Origin: Torpedo marmorata
Taxonomy: Eukaryota
Assembly: GCA_977017645.1 (NCBI GenBank)
Contig: OZ360238.1
Location: forward strand, 65,410,001 to 65,474,000
DNA length: 64,000 nucleotides
Direction: 5' to 3'
The notes below the pieces were generated by a model. The model did not search any database and was not told where the DNA came from. It saw nothing but the letters and a program-made list of their open reading frames with translations. The position numbers were made by a program, and so were the translations under genes. Positions 22,657-36,097 of the stretch are shown in pieces (position 1 is the stretch's first letter; each line of letters starts with the position of its first letter).

Positions 22657-23433
22657 CAGGATTTCCCAAACTTTTTAGCTCACGGAACCCTTTTAGGGAG
22701 CACTTGGAAATGGCGGAACCCTAATCTTCATGTACAGTTTGCCGAAGAACAGTGCTCCCTTGTTATTACAAAAATGAGAAACACCCCGCAAGTAATAATA
22801 ATAATAAGAGATAAATAAAATAATTTACCTTGTGTTCGAATAAAGGTTGAAACGAGTGTGATTTGGGAATTAATCTTTTTACTATTAAATTTAAATAATG
22901 CATGTGTAAATATACAAAGTGATGAAAAAGTGGAATCCTTTTTTTATACTTGCATGTATTTATTCTCAAAGAAATTGTTTTGTTTTTATTTAGCCCCTAA
23001 TAATTCTGTATTACTAAGAAATTGTCATATTCGATAATTTTCTGAATATTCTTTCAGGGGATCCGCGGTCGGGAGTTCGGATGGGCGGGCGTCAGGGCGA
23101 GGATCCGCGGTCGGGAGTTCGGATTGGCGGGCAGCGGGGGCGAGGATCCGTGGTCGGGAGTTTGGATGGGCGGGCAGCGGGGGCGAGGTCCCGCGGTCGG
23201 GAGTTCGGATGGGCGGGCAGCGGGGGCGAGGACCCGCGGTCGGGAGTTCGGATGGGCGGGCGTCGGGAGAGGATCCACGGTCGGGAGTTCGGATGGGCGG
23301 GGTTCGGGGCGAGGATCCGCTGTCGGGGGCGAGGATGGGTGGGCAGCGGGGGCGAGGATCACTTTTTCTACGGAACCCTTACTCTTTTCCACGGAACCCC
23401 AGGGTTCCGCGGAACCCAGTTTGGGAAACCCTG
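22657..23433. mobile_element. hAT (Charlie-like) MITE with an internal 43-bp GC minisatellite
   Basis: TIR CAGG(A/G)TTTCCCAAAC; perfect 8-bp TSD GTGTGGAG (22649-56, 23434-41); about 7 copies of gatccgcggtcgggagttcggatgggcgggcagcgggggcgag at 23059-23360. Confidence 0.93.
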
Positions 23434-25647
23434 GTGTGGAGGAATGGAGCTACCAGGAGCCAGCAAAGATGATGGGCTGAGCAGCCTCCTGTGCCATCAC
23501 AGTTATATTCTTCACACTGTCAAAATCAGCTATTGCAGAATAATTGTACAAGGATGGAATATATCAATCTGTAGAGCAAAAGACAGGAAACAACAAAAGA
23601 TAACTTACAAAAAATGTCAAGGAGCAGTTATGGGGTCTTTTGCATGTATACCTCATAACTAGATGTATAATTGGTGTAGATGAGCAAAAAAAGTCAACGT
23701 GGATATTGTGGGCTGAAAAACTCATTTCTGTGCTACACAACTGTAAAAAAACTAATGCATGTCGAATGCGTACAATTTGTATTAAACTAATTGCCTCACT
23801 GCATTTTCTGAAGAAATGTTCTTGCTCTGTGGGAGAAGTTGTAGCTGTTGTTTCCTCTTTTCAGTAGACTGTTTTATGAGTGTAGGTATGTTTTCTTTGC
23901 TTTACAATAGATTACTATGAGTCATGTGCCCTGCTCCTCCTTCAACCTCCTGGCTGCTGCAGTGCAATCAATAATCATATTTTCACCAATTAATACTGTC
24001 AGCTAATGATTTGGAGGTATGACTAAGCTCTTGGAATAAAATAAATCAGTTTACCCAATTGAAGTTAGGATAAGAAACAGGAGCATCTTTCAATAAATGC
24101 AGTGAGACTTCTCTGAGAAATTGAAGTGATAGGTTGCAAAGTTATAGACAATCTCAGTCACTTGTAACAATATAGTTACTAGTCTTGATTTACAGTGGAA
24201 TTATCCAAATATTTCTATTTGGGCTGGGCACAGCATTTTGATGACATGCAGTTTTTCTAAAAAAAAAAGACTTTCTGTGCAATTGGTTTCAATTAAAATG
24301 ACAGGAGCAGTTGACTTTGAGGTTTTGCTTTTAATAGTATCCTCTCAACTAGATAAGATCTGGAGTAAGATTAATAACTTTTGTGAACTGAAGGTTTAAT
24401 CTTTAGCACAACTTCAGTCACCTGAGTTCTTTGCAGGAGATGACGTTAGAAAGAACATCAAATTTGATATTTGCGGGCAGATTTAACATTTGAGTTTGCC
24501 TTTTTTGGTGGAAATGTACAGTATTTGCTGCTTCCTAAATTTGAACAAACTTGAAATTTTCCACTTCAATACTTTTAATTTATCCCTGAAAAAAAAATGC
24601 ACTGTTTTGCTGCTGAATAACAAACAGCTGTGAGGTTATCAGAGCCTGTCATTATTAAAAAGCTAATTGCACAAGAGCTTCTGGTGATTGCAGACATGCA
24701 GCTAAAGACAGAAATCAGTGAGTTCCAGTCATAGTTGCCTTGTTGCTCTAAATTTGGTAGTTCCAGCGCAATACATGAAATTTGAAGTTGTTCATGCTCA
24801 GTAAAGTCACCAGACGAAATTGCAGCTTATTTGTTGTAGCAAAAGTTGACAATGTGGTAAGTCTAATTGGTTCCTGACAAACACTGGCTTGGAAAATAAC
24901 TGTGAATCCTCATTCGTTCCATTTCATTTTAAACTGCTGTTTCACTTAACATTGGCTGTCATTTTTATTTATTACTATCTTTCTGTACAAGCTTGTACTT
25001 AGTGGTTTAGTCTGAAAGCAAAATGTTGAAGGTCCTGGAAATTAAAATAAATCACACCAAAAATACCAAGCAAGCCAGGTAACATTTGTTGAAGTTTTGT
25101 AAACTTGAAATGTCAAACTCCACACTTTCTATCTTCACTCATGGAACCTTTCAGCAGTTTCTGCTTTATTCCTGCTTCATCTGTGCTGGCTATTGAGAAG
25201 CCTTCATCTAATTAATTGGTGAAGTAAATACACAGCCACATGTCTTTTTAACATGTTTAAGATTCCTTCTAGTGTGTGCTATGCAGCAATAGATTTCTTC
25301 AAGTTCCAGTGTGATAATCCAGATATTGTGATCAATGAATTTGCTCTTTGCTGCTGTTCTTCATTCCCTTCCTCTCCCAGTCCTGGATTGCTGTTAGGCC
25401 AAAAATTGAATAAATATTTGATCCCTGGCATCTTCAATTTTTCAGATTTATCTTGAGTGGTAAGTATATATTCCTGAAGAAAGTGGAAATGCTGTGGAGA
25501 ATTGTTCTGAAGTTATAACGACAATTTTTTTATTTTACTGGCTTTTTAAATAATTGGTCAACATTTAAAAGATGCAAATACTTTCTTTTCATTTGACAAG
25601 TTTAACCACATTTTATTGCATTCACATTTATCCTGCTTCTGTTTTAG

Positions 25648-25724
25648 AACTAATGAAGTGGTGGAATATTATGGTGGTTATACTGAAGGTTACAGTGCAG
25701 AGGATTACAACTACGCCTGGAGTG
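25648..25724 (+). CDS. NCOA5L: NCOA5-like exon (RTNEVVEYYGGYTEGYSAEDYNYAWS)
   Basis: gttttag| 77 nt |gtatga; phase 2 to 1 links the flanking exons; Tyr-rich low-complexity segment. Confidence 0.78.
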
Positions 25725-27094
25725 GTATGATCAACTATTATGCATCTACTTATTTGTAGCTTGCAAAAATCAGTGTATTGAAGTTCAGTAAAATAGTTTT
25801 GTACTGCAATGTGGTGAAGGAATAATGGAAGGAGGAAATAAGATGGAAAGGTTCAACTGGTAGCTCAAACAAGAGGAAGAGAGCAATACTGCTACATTTA
25901 ACTTGCTCTCTTATCCATTCTCCACTTCAAAAATGATCTCATCTCTCGTTTCCCATTCCCTTCCCCATGTAATTGCTACTGTGCTCACTTTTCTGCTACT
26001 CTGTTTAGTGCAGTTGTGTATTTCTTAAACTACAGGTGGAAAATTGTGATACAAGGGACACAACTCATATTAACTTGCTCATGGTAATGGGATTATTTCT
26101 TGGGGATGGCTTTTGTTGGGATAAACTTCCTAAGATCAAAGGGCTGGTCAGTTGATAGTGGTGTGGTGAAATATAGACTGGTGGATGCAGGATTGTGGCA
26201 ATGCCACTCATTTGGAATGACGTAATAGCATATATAGGTGTGGTTTTGGTTACAAAAGGCTGCTTTGTAAAAGAAGGTGTTGATGTGTGGGTAAGCAGGT
26301 TGGGGATTACTTGTTAAGAATTTGGCTTTAGGATATTTTATGCGACAATGTCAATTCCTTGATGAGAAGGGTCAACTCCTCTGCTTCCTGTTAACCCTTC
26401 AGTGCCCACCACCAATCAAGGTGAGATGAAGCTGGACTAGTAGAGGTTTAATTTGATCCATTGCCTGAGGTTACTTGACTCTTGTCACATTCATTCCGTG
26501 CCTCCTTATGATATGATGGGCTAAATAGCCTCTTTCTTAAAACTGCAGGCTCACAGAGTAGTCTTATTATCCCACAATTAACCTATGCTCTCTACATTCC
26601 CAGCAACTTCCCCAGATTCTATAATACACCTTAACACATGAACAATGAACCACAGACACTACCTCGTTTTTTTCTCCTCTTTGGCATTTATTTATTTTTT
26701 TAAATGGTGTGTTTATGGAAATGTAATTCATAGCAATTTTTGAAGCTGTAATGCCCAATAATGCTACCGCAACATAACAAATTTCGTGACATGTTCATGA
26801 CAATAAATTCTGATTCTGAACTTGGGACAGTTTACAGTAGCCAGTGAATCTACCAACTGGCAGAACTTTGGGGAGTGGGTGGAAATCTGAGCACCTGGGA
26901 ATGCAATCATCTGGAGAAAGTGCAAACTCCAAAAGAAAGCAGTGATGGTCAGGATTGAACTCAGGCTTTTGGAGCTGAATGGAAGCAGCTTTGCTGTCTG
27001 CAGCACTTACATTCTGTTTGAAATTAATTTCTATTAAGATTGCATTTATCTTCGCAGATATACATACAAAATATTTACATTATCACATGCAGAT

Positions 27095-27905
27095 GAAATT
27101 CAAGATTCAATTTATTGTCATGCAATAAAACACTGTCATATTACATGAAATTGCTTTTGCCTGCTGTAAGGCAGATAGATTCGCCATCGGCAGAAATTGC
27201 CTGAAGCGCCTCTTAGTCAGAGAAAGAGAAGCAAAAGAGAGTCCCCCCAGAGTCACCCAGTGTCCGTAGATTTGCCTCCGCAGCCACACAGTCTAGTCCA
27301 AACCATTGGCAACCCGTGCTCCAGATCCGAACCTCCGACACAGTCAGGAACCCTTCGGCACCCCCTCGCATCCCGCTTCCGATACCTGGTACCCCTTCAG
27401 CCAGTTAGAGCCAGTCTCCAGCAGTCCGCAGCCCAGCGCGAGTCTCCCGACAGCAGTCTCCAGCATCCCACAGCCTCCGCGGGTTCCTCGAGTCGCCAGC
27501 AGCCCGCCGCATGCATAGGTCTTTCAGCCGCAGAGCCCCCTCACTGGTCCGCCGCCGTGGTCACCGTCCTGTGGGTCGTCTCCTCTGCTTCTCCTTTTCA
27601 GACGGGGGATGGTCTCCCCGATTTCTGGTGCGCTGTGCCAGTCTTCCGCTCCCCTGGAGTCTGCAACCCCTCGTGGCTGCTGCCGATCAGAGGCGCTGCC
27701 ATCTTGGGCGCAGTCCCGCGGTCGCGGGATTTTAAATGAAACTACCGTTGGCTCCTTTAACGGGCCGTTCAAAGCCTGTGCGGAGCTGACGGCAGTTAAC
27801 TGGGCGGTTGGACCCCGCGGGAGCGCTGTAGCTCCACTCCCCGCGGGTCCACACCAGCGGCAGCGCTGCTGTTACAGTGGCTCCGGGAGCGCCGCCATCT
27901 GTTGG
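27095..27905 (-). mobile_element. Non-autonomous GC-rich retroelement with a Rex1-like tail
   Basis: Minus strand starts CAGATGGCGGCG (YY1-like), has a second AAGATGGCAGCG, ends CAATAAATTGAATCTTGAA; no RT coding. Confidence 0.6.
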
Positions 27906-28166
27906 GTATTCCAAGCATAGTTTTTTGAGTTAGAAGAGATGGCTGAGAATTTAATTACAATCTGAAAATTAAGTTTACAGATATATGACAATTAACATTC
28001 AAAATTTCCAAGTAAAAAGCCAAATAATTTCTCATGCTCTGAAGCTTTTGAGATGTTTGACTCTGTTTGAAGCAGAAAAGCCACCCAGTGGTCTAATAGT
28101 GCCATTGCAACATGACAAATTTATATTGGCAATGGAGAAAACAGACAACAGATGCTGGAATCTTGA

Positions 28167-28368
28167 GCAAACAAAGAATTACTGGAGGAACTCAGCAGGT
28201 CAGACAGCATCCACGGATAAAAATGGTCAGTCAGTGCTTCGGGTCTAGACTCTTTATCGAGTCTGTATTGAGTCTCAATAAAAGGTCCAGAACCAAAACA
28301 TTGAGTGACCATTTCTACCCATGGATTCTGTCTGACCTGCTGAGTTCTTCCAGCAGTAGTTTGTTTGC
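28167..28368. mobile_element. Palindromic non-autonomous element built from two inverted PLE 3' ends
   Basis: Arms ~28167-28262 and ~28272-28368 are reverse complements (ctggaggaactcagcaggtcagacag / ctgtctgacctgctgagttcttccag); each arm has a decayed hammerhead core. Confidence 0.8.
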
Positions 28369-28590
28369 CCTGACAATTAATTGGATTGAACTATTTCCAT
28401 CGAAATTTCCTGGCAGAATTGGGAAACAATGCAGTTGGACACAAAACGAAGGGTAGATAAATTACAAACTGCTTTGAAATCAACCATTGCTCTGGTTATG
28501 TGCATTTTGCATGATTTATCTACCCATTTATTTTAAATCCTTTCACAAATGTGGTACATAGTTCAAAAGTAACATAATTAATCATTCATC

Positions 28591-30413
28591 CAGAATCAGA
28601 ATTTATTGTCTTGAACAAGTCATGAAATTCGGTGTTTTGCGGCAGCATCATAGTGCAGACATTCATATTATAACCATCTTACAACATTACTATAAAAAAA
28701 ATTAAAATGATAGTGCACGATAAGTAAGGCAGTGTCTTTGGTTCATTGATTATTCAGGAATCTGATGGCAGCAGGGACGAAGCTGTCCTTGTGCTGTTGA
28801 GTGCTCGTCTATAGGCTCCTGTACCTTTTTCCCGATGGTAGCAGAGTGAAGAGGGCATGGCCTGGGTGGTGGGGGTCTTTGAGGATGGAGGCTGCTTTTT
28901 AAGACACCGCCTCATGAAGATGTCCTCAATGGAGTGAAGTCTGGTGCCTGTGATGTCGCAGGCTAAGTTAACAACCCTCTGGAGTTTATTCTTGTCCTGA
29001 GAGTTGGCGCCTTCATACCAGGCAGTGATGCAACCAGCCAGAATGCTCTCCACGGTACACCTGTAGAAGTTTTCGAGTCTTCAATGACATACCGAATCTC
29101 CTCACACTTCACAAAGTATAGCCGCTGGCGAGCCTTCTTTGTGATTGCATCAACATGGAGGCTCCAGGGCAAATCCTCGGAGATGTTGACACCCAGCACT
29201 TTGAAGTTCTTGACCCTCTCCACAACTAAGCCCTCGGTGAGGACTGGGTCATGTTCCCCTGACTTCCTCCTGAAGTCCACAATCATCTTGGTTTTGCTAA
29301 TGTTGAGCGCAAGGTTGTTGTTGTTACACCATTCAACGAGCTGATCTCTCTCCCTCCTGTACGCTTCCTCATTGCCGTTTGTGAATCTGCCGACAACTGT
29401 AGTGTAATCGGCAAACTTGTAGATAGCATTGGAATTGTGCCTGGCCACACCGTCACAGGTGTATAGTGAGTAGAGCAGTGGGCAAAGCAAGCATCTTGGG
29501 GGTACGCCTGTGTTGATAATCAGTGAGGAGGAGACGTCGTTTCCAATTCGTACTGACTGGTCTTCCGATGAGAAAGTCAAGGATCCAGTTGCAGAGGAGG
29601 GTACAGAGGCCTAGAGTTTGTCGCTTCTTGACCAGCACTGAGGGAATAATGGTATTGAAGGCTGAGCTGTAGTCGATGAAGAGCAGCCGTATGTGTGAAT
29701 TGCTGTTTTCGAGGTGATCCAGACCTGAGTGGAGAGCCAGCAATATTACATCTGCTGTGGAGCGATTGTGACGATAGACGAATTGCAGTGGGTCCAGATA
29801 GGTACGTGTTAATTCTGGCCATGACCAGCCTGTCAAAGCATTTCATCACAGTAGAAGTTAGTGCTACTGGGCGGTAGTCGTTGAGGCAGCTCACACTACT
29901 CTTCTTGGGTACCGGGATGATTGATGCCCTTTTGAAGCAGGTGGGAACCTCTGACTGCAGCAATGAGAGGTTGAAAATGTCCGTGAACACTCCGGCTAGT
30001 TGGTTGGCGCAGATTTTCAGTACCCTGCCAGGTACGCTGTCAGGGCCTGACGCCTTGCGAGGGTTCACCCTCTTGAATGATGTTCTGATGTCGCCCTTGG
30101 AGACAGATATCACCGGGTCCTCAGCCTTTTCAGGGATTCTAGTAGGCTCTGTTTGGTGGTTCTTCTCAAAGCAGGCATAGGTGTTCAGCTCATCGGGTAA
30201 TGATGCATCACAGCCATCTATAGTGTTCGCCCTCGCTTTGTAGACTGTAATGGCCTGCATTCCCTGCCATAGCTGGCGTGTCTCTGGCTCTCGCTTCCTC
30301 CGGAATTGCCACTTTGCTTCAGAGATGGCCTTCTGCAGGTAGTACCTGGACTTCTTGTAAAGATCCCGATCCCCGGCCTTAAACACCCTTGTTCTCGCCC
30401 TCAGAAGGTTGCG
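28591..30413 (-). mobile_element. Rex1/Babar-type LINE, 5'-truncated
   Basis: [32 protein letters not shown]; TTCTGA-repeat tail. Confidence 0.92.
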
Positions 30414-30538
30414 ATATATCGATATATTGTTTAATTTTTACCTCGATTGGCTAAGTTGGCATAGTTGAAGCATTATTGGATAGAATAAAAACTACGGTAA
30501 TTGATTATACTCAAAGTAATTGTATTTCCTTATCACAG

Positions 30539-30668
30539 CCGAAAACTGCAGACCTGATGATGGTCGTCGAGAAGAACTTTATCAGCAATTCTATAAAGAA
30601 CTAGAGGATGACTGCAATAAAGAAAAGCATGCTGATTGTGTTGTCATAGCCCTAAGCAAGCAACAGGG
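30539..30668 (+). CDS. NCOA5L: NCOA5-like exon (ENCRPDDGRREELYQQFYKELEDDCNKEKHADCVVIALSKQQ)
   Basis: cacag| 130 nt |gtaact; similar to NCOA5 RREELYRQYFEEIQ...PVDCSVIVVNKQ. Confidence 0.92.
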
Positions 30669-32424
30669 GTAACTTTGTTTACTTTTTGACTTTTTTGTTG
30701 AATAAAGGGCATAAAAATACACCATATATTTCATGTTTGAGATTGCAATTTGCTTAACCACTTGGTGTCAGAGTTAACTGACAAGTGTCATATGACTTAT
30801 TGCAGAGAATAAATAAAGGGTTTTAACATTTACAGATTATGTGCTTTAGTAATATCCTTTGGAAATATTAGAACACAAAAATCAACATGTCATTTGGGGA
30901 GTTAAAACTCTTGATGCCTTTTGTTTCTATGTTCTAAGTTATTAAAATAAAATAAAGCTCTATCATGGTGGCTCTTAATTTCAATTCTTTCCATACCACC
31001 TCTCAAATGCTTTGATTTGTAGTTCTCTGATATATATAGTTCTGATCTCTCATCTACATGACCATTATTCATGTCTGTTCCGGACAAGTTGTTTAAGTTG
31101 GATAGTGGGATGGCATAGTGTTAGCTGGTAAAGATGTATAACAGTAGATCTTGATCTTTTCCAGATTGTCTGTTTTGTGTGTATTTTTTCGTCAGACCTT
31201 TGGGTACCAAACAAAAGTAGGAACCCAAGCCAATTTTCTGTTCTGACCACAATCTTAGTTGAGATTGTTGATCACACAATGATAAAATTTGCCACACATT
31301 AAGTTTAAGATGAAGTTTACTATTGCTAGGTCATGTGGCAGAGGATTCAATACCATCTACTCATTGCTTTGGCTATCTTTAGCCAAGGGGACGTCTTTTA
31401 AATATTTTAGTCTTGCACTTTGCTTTCATTTCCTTGATTTCAGAATACTGCAAAAAATGTTCCTTCCTATGTGAAGATTAGTTTAAATATAAAGCTTACA
31501 AATGTTTTCAGTTCTCAAGCTACAGTTCCTCCCTATAAAATGTTTCTTGTGAAATTTTAAATCTGATGATTGGCATTCTGCAATTAAATCTTCTGAAGCA
31601 ACTTGTTAGTTGAATTTGTTAGAAAGTAATTTTGTCAAGTCTTTTATAATGCATATAATTACCAGATAAATAAAACCATAATACAAGCAGGCCAATTTTG
31701 TCTCTAAAAGCAAAACTTTTAAAGTGTTGAAGATGCTGGGTGAATAAATGTAAGGTGGTTAGTTTTGCAATCAGTTTTTGAATAGCCAATTTTCTGTGTA
31801 CCTACAAAAATGTACAAAGAGATGCATTTATTGATCTTAATGTAATTTTCTTAAGGGTGAGCTGATATTTTTAGCTGTATTTTCAGTACCCGATAGCATA
31901 CAAAAAATGAATGCAGTATTTTTGTAAATTACCATTTATGAAATATGGAGGACTATCTCATAAATTAGTTAAAACATCTATTTGGATTTTGAAAGTTGGA
32001 TGTGTGATTATGCTGTCACATAACAGTTGAAATAAAGCTAACAAAACATGGACATGATTCATTTCACAATAGACTTGTCTTGATTTGACTAAAATACCAA
32101 AAGTTGTTTGCATCTGATGTCTTTGAGGCAGTTAGTTTGTTGGGAAAAACTTTTCAACAATTCTAGGCTTGAAAGTAGAAACTAAATCTTGTGCTTAATA
32201 GGCATTTTACTTTCATTGAACCAAGATAATATGCCAATACCCATTTCAGTCAGTGTATTGGATCATAAGTTAAAATGAGAATACATGGAATTTGTATTTT
32301 TCTTTCCAATGTTTATTTGGTATACAAAGATTGTTGGGACAATTGTTGTAGGTATATATTGAATACAATTGATACATTTGTTTGACTGGCTAATCAGAAT
32401 ATATTAATTTGTTTCAATTTTAAG

Positions 32425-32624
32425 GGATTATGCCAAACTAATAGGACGACGAGTGCAAGAACTAGGACTTCTTGTGGATTTGGTGTACCTTAAGTTAGAG
32501 TTGGCTCTCGATACTGCCCTGAAAGATGTTCGTGAAGAAGGTTCTCCGTTTTGTGTCGTTGTTGGTGGAGAACATCAGTCTCTTTCATCATGCACAGTGA
32601 TTATTTTATATGCTGGCCACAAAG
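32425..32624 (+). CDS. NCOA5L: NCOA5-like exon, anticodon-binding-like domain (DYAKLIGRRVQELGLLVDLVYL...GSPFCVVVGGEHQSLSSCTVIILYAGHK)
   Basis: 200 nt, AG/GT bounded; similar to NCOA5 DYAESVGRKVRDLGMVVDLIFL...GSPFAIVITQQHQIHRSCTVNI. Confidence 0.94.
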
Positions 32625-34171
32625 GTATATTTTCAGCTTTCATGATGATTGAAAGTTCATTGTCATTTACATAATGCACAAATGTACTGAAATTCTTAAT
32701 TCATGAAATTCACTGAAATTCATGAAATTCACTGAAATTCATAAAGATGAACTTAGAATTCATTAGATATCGATTTCCAGTGATGCCATCACATTTTTGT
32801 TGTTATTAATCTGGAACATATTGCACCTGTTCCAAATGGTATCCAATATTTATACTCATAGGGCTCTGTTGCAATGTTTCTCATTAAACAAAAGATAGGG
32901 TCTGAACTTGCTGTCATTGGTGCATAAGCCATACCTGTTAAACAATTCTTTGACAATCAGCAATGGGATATCCCACCTTTGCTTGCTGAGAGTCAGAAAC
33001 ATTGGGAAAAAAACATTTTTTTAAATTAAACAATTATATCATTTTAAAAATAGTTTTAAAGTAAATTCTTTAACAATACACTGATTTAAACAGCATTAAA
33101 ACACACTTGAGTAATTGGGGTGAGGGTTGGAGTGTAAATGTCTTTGTGCATGCCGGTTCCTTTGTTGCTGTTCTTCTCCAGCCAAGTTAATAGGCTTGCT
33201 TTTCCTGTGCTTGCTTGGTCTTCGTATCAGGAAATTGGTACCATCTGACGTGTTATAAATAGACAAGCAGCTGAGATTCCTTTTTCCCTTGTAATTTTGT
33301 ATAAATGCACACGACTAACATCCACTTAACAAAGTGCCAGATTTTCCATGCAATATCAAGCTCATAGGCTACATGTTGTTTCAGGAGGGGAAATACTGCC
33401 AGACAAGGATAAGATTACTGATTTCTGTCTGATTGGTTTGTTACTGAGATCAATTAATTTGGAATTAACAATTCTAATGGATAGGCTTTATTTTTATTTT
33501 CTGACTGAGAAATGGCTCTCCAGGTACCATGATGCAGACATTAGTGGAAATTACTTGTTTCTTTACCTGAGCAGTGAGTGTAAATTGACTTGCTCAATTA
33601 TTAAGTTCCTATGGAAATTCAAGCATCATTTCACAGCTCTCGGGGGAATGTTAGAATTTTTTCCCACCTTTCTTTCCCCTTTAAAGATACTCTACTCCCT
33701 GTTTTTATTTCTAATCTAGTTTGAGATCATTTTGAGTTCAGTCGTATTTTAAAATTTTCCATTATCAGTATCTGAATTTATTTTTAGAAATGAAGTCTGT
33801 ATTTTTAATCTTTGTTTCATTGATTCTATATTATTGTGAAAACGATGTTTAATAGTGACAGACAGGTTGAGATTTTACAATGGACATTCTCACCTTGACC
33901 TTTTAAAAACTTTTAACAGTGCACTTGTGGAGAAGTAAGGTGTCACTAAAATCAATTTCCATGTTAAAATATATGTGTACAGGCCCCAGGAGATTGCTCC
34001 ATTTCACTCTACAGTTATGACAAATGCTGACCATCTCAAGTAAGAGCCCAAGTTGAAATATTTATTGCAATTGAGCTGGAGACTACATAAACACATCAAG
34101 CCTAATGACTAGGTTTCATCTGATTGTGTGTAAACGTCACCTTCACTTAAAAGTTTTTTTTTGTTATAATA

Positions 34172-34927
34172 CAGGTGCCTAACCTTTTATCCGAAACCCT
34201 TGGGACACTTTTCTGAATTCGGATTTTTTCGGATTATAGAATTATTTTTAACGGCGGTACTTTTAAATAATTGTGTTGCTTCAGATTCGCGCAAAACAAA
34301 GACACGCTCCAACTAGAAGGGTTTCTGGATGGCGGCGCTGGATGGTAGGGGGTTGCGGCGGCACTGGACGGGGGGTGTTCGCGTCTCAAAGAGAGGCACA
34401 AAGCTTGCTTTGTAAACACTTCCAAGTTCCAACTCCTTTTCAGTATTATGCCCTTGTTGAGATTCAGCTCTTCATCTTCAACAACAACCCCAGCTTTCCT
34501 CTATATACATTCAGAAATCCTAATTTATCCGAAAAATTTCGAAGCCGAAATGACGTCATTTCGCCTCCGAAAAATTTCGGATAAATGAGGATATCCAAAA
34601 CAATCAGAAATCCTCAGTTATTCGAAATTTTTTTGGAGCTGAACTGACGTCACAGGTTGAAGGAATTTAGGAAAAACCTCTGAGTAGAATTTCGAGTTTT
34701 TGGTGTTGGATTTATCTTATTTTGTTCAGGTTGTTTTTTGGTGAGAATTAAACACGATTTCATGCTTAAAAAGCCTTCCCTTGTAACAGTGTTTAAACAA
34801 CAACAAACAACAAGTGATTTGCTATTGCTACTGGGCTGTTTTTAAAAAAAATTACCAGTTATCCAAAAATATTATTTATCCAAAATAGGCCCGGTCCCGA
34901 CCATTTCGGATAATCAGAGTTGTACTG
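34172..34927. mobile_element. Composite Tigger-like MITE(s)
   Basis: TA-CAGGTG..TTATCCGAAA start, repeated TTATCCGAA/TTCGGATAA motifs, TTGTACTG end. Confidence 0.7.
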
Positions 34928-35215
34928 TGTGTGTGTATATGTATCTCGACACACATACAAATTCATTGCTTTAAAAGTTGAGATTGTTTTGTGTATTTAT
35001 GTACAAATGTCTAGGGGATAGTTAGATTAGCTACATGCAAAGATGAAAGGGTTTTCTCAACTCATCAGGGTGAAGGGAGTTTGCAGGCCAACTTTGTACT
35101 CTGGTCCATGGCACGAGATAACTGATTTTTGGTGTAATTAAGGTGGTATGACTCAGTGAATGATTGAAATTCAAAATTAATTTGTGCAAACTTCTGTCAA
35201 ATGAGCCAATGCTCA

Positions 35216-35315
35216 TTTTTTAAAAAAATATTTTAAAATTTTAAATCACAAAATACATAAGGTAAAACATAAAATTATCAAAATACTTGTGATATATTTT
35301 CACCCCCCCCTCCCA
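35216..35315 (-). mobile_element. Very short 3' end of the same L1 family
   Basis: Matches ~40480-40580; TSD CCAATGCTCA at 35206-15 and 35316-25. Confidence 0.75.
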
Positions 35316-35513
35316 CCAATGCTCAATTAATTGAAGATCTGCCTCATTTTCGGTGGCTAACTAGGCCCATGCCGAAACTATGAACTGCGCCACTTGTTTT
35401 ATCTGGAACATTTTCAATAAATTATAAAGCATCCTCAATGTAGGCTTAGTAAGTTTCCTTTCCTGAGTTTGGAGAGAGATTTGATAAAAAATAAAGTTGC
35501 CTTTTTTCAACAG

Positions 35514-35795
35514 AACATCGTAATATGCCCTTGGAAGATGCTTTGGACTTGATTTCTCGTGAACATCAACGTATATTTGGTGAAAATCTGGAAAAAGAGC
35601 GACTTGAGATTGCACACAAAGCAGCTAATTTGGCAGATGATTATCTTCATCGTGAATCTTACAGTGAAAGTCATGTTATACCGAGCACCATTCGGCATCT
35701 CATGTTTCTGCTTGGTGATGGAAAGCATCTTTATGCTGAGGAGCTGCAAGCAGTTATTGAATATTTGAACAAAAGAAAAGAGGATGCTGAAGCAG
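35514..35795 (+). CDS. NCOA5L: NCOA5-like exon with NR box (EHRNMPLEDALDLI...IRHLMFLLGDGKHLYAEELQAVIEYLNKRKE)
   Basis: 282 nt, phase 1-1; similar to NCOA5 EHRNMPQADAMVLV...IQSLINLLADNRYLTAEETDKIINYLRERKE; LxxLL retained. Confidence 0.95.
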
Positions 35796-36097
35796 GTTAG
35801 AACATTGTTCATCTGTTTTTATGGTGGTACAATTTGATGAAACCAATATGGAAGCAATTTTATTTTTATTGTTTTAAATATTGAAGATCAGCTATCATAA
35901 ACTTTTATTTTAAAATCTTCCCACTGGTAAACATGATCCAAAGATGACTGCCATTCAGGCAACTGCAGTCTTCTTGCATAATTCTGCATTTTACAAAAGT
36001 GTATGAAAAGATAGAAAACTATACTCTTTCTCTATGACCCATGTCACTGAATATTTGTCTTTTTTTTTTTATCCCTTCATTTTCACCTGCACCTAAG

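Noticed and set aside
23059-23360. 43-bp repeat array resembling CRISPR
   Set aside because: No unique spacers, eukaryotic context, and it lies inside a hAT MITE with TIRs and TSD; it is a minisatellite.
32687-32762. tgaaattca repeat cluster
   Set aside because: Short local slippage duplication with no further structure.
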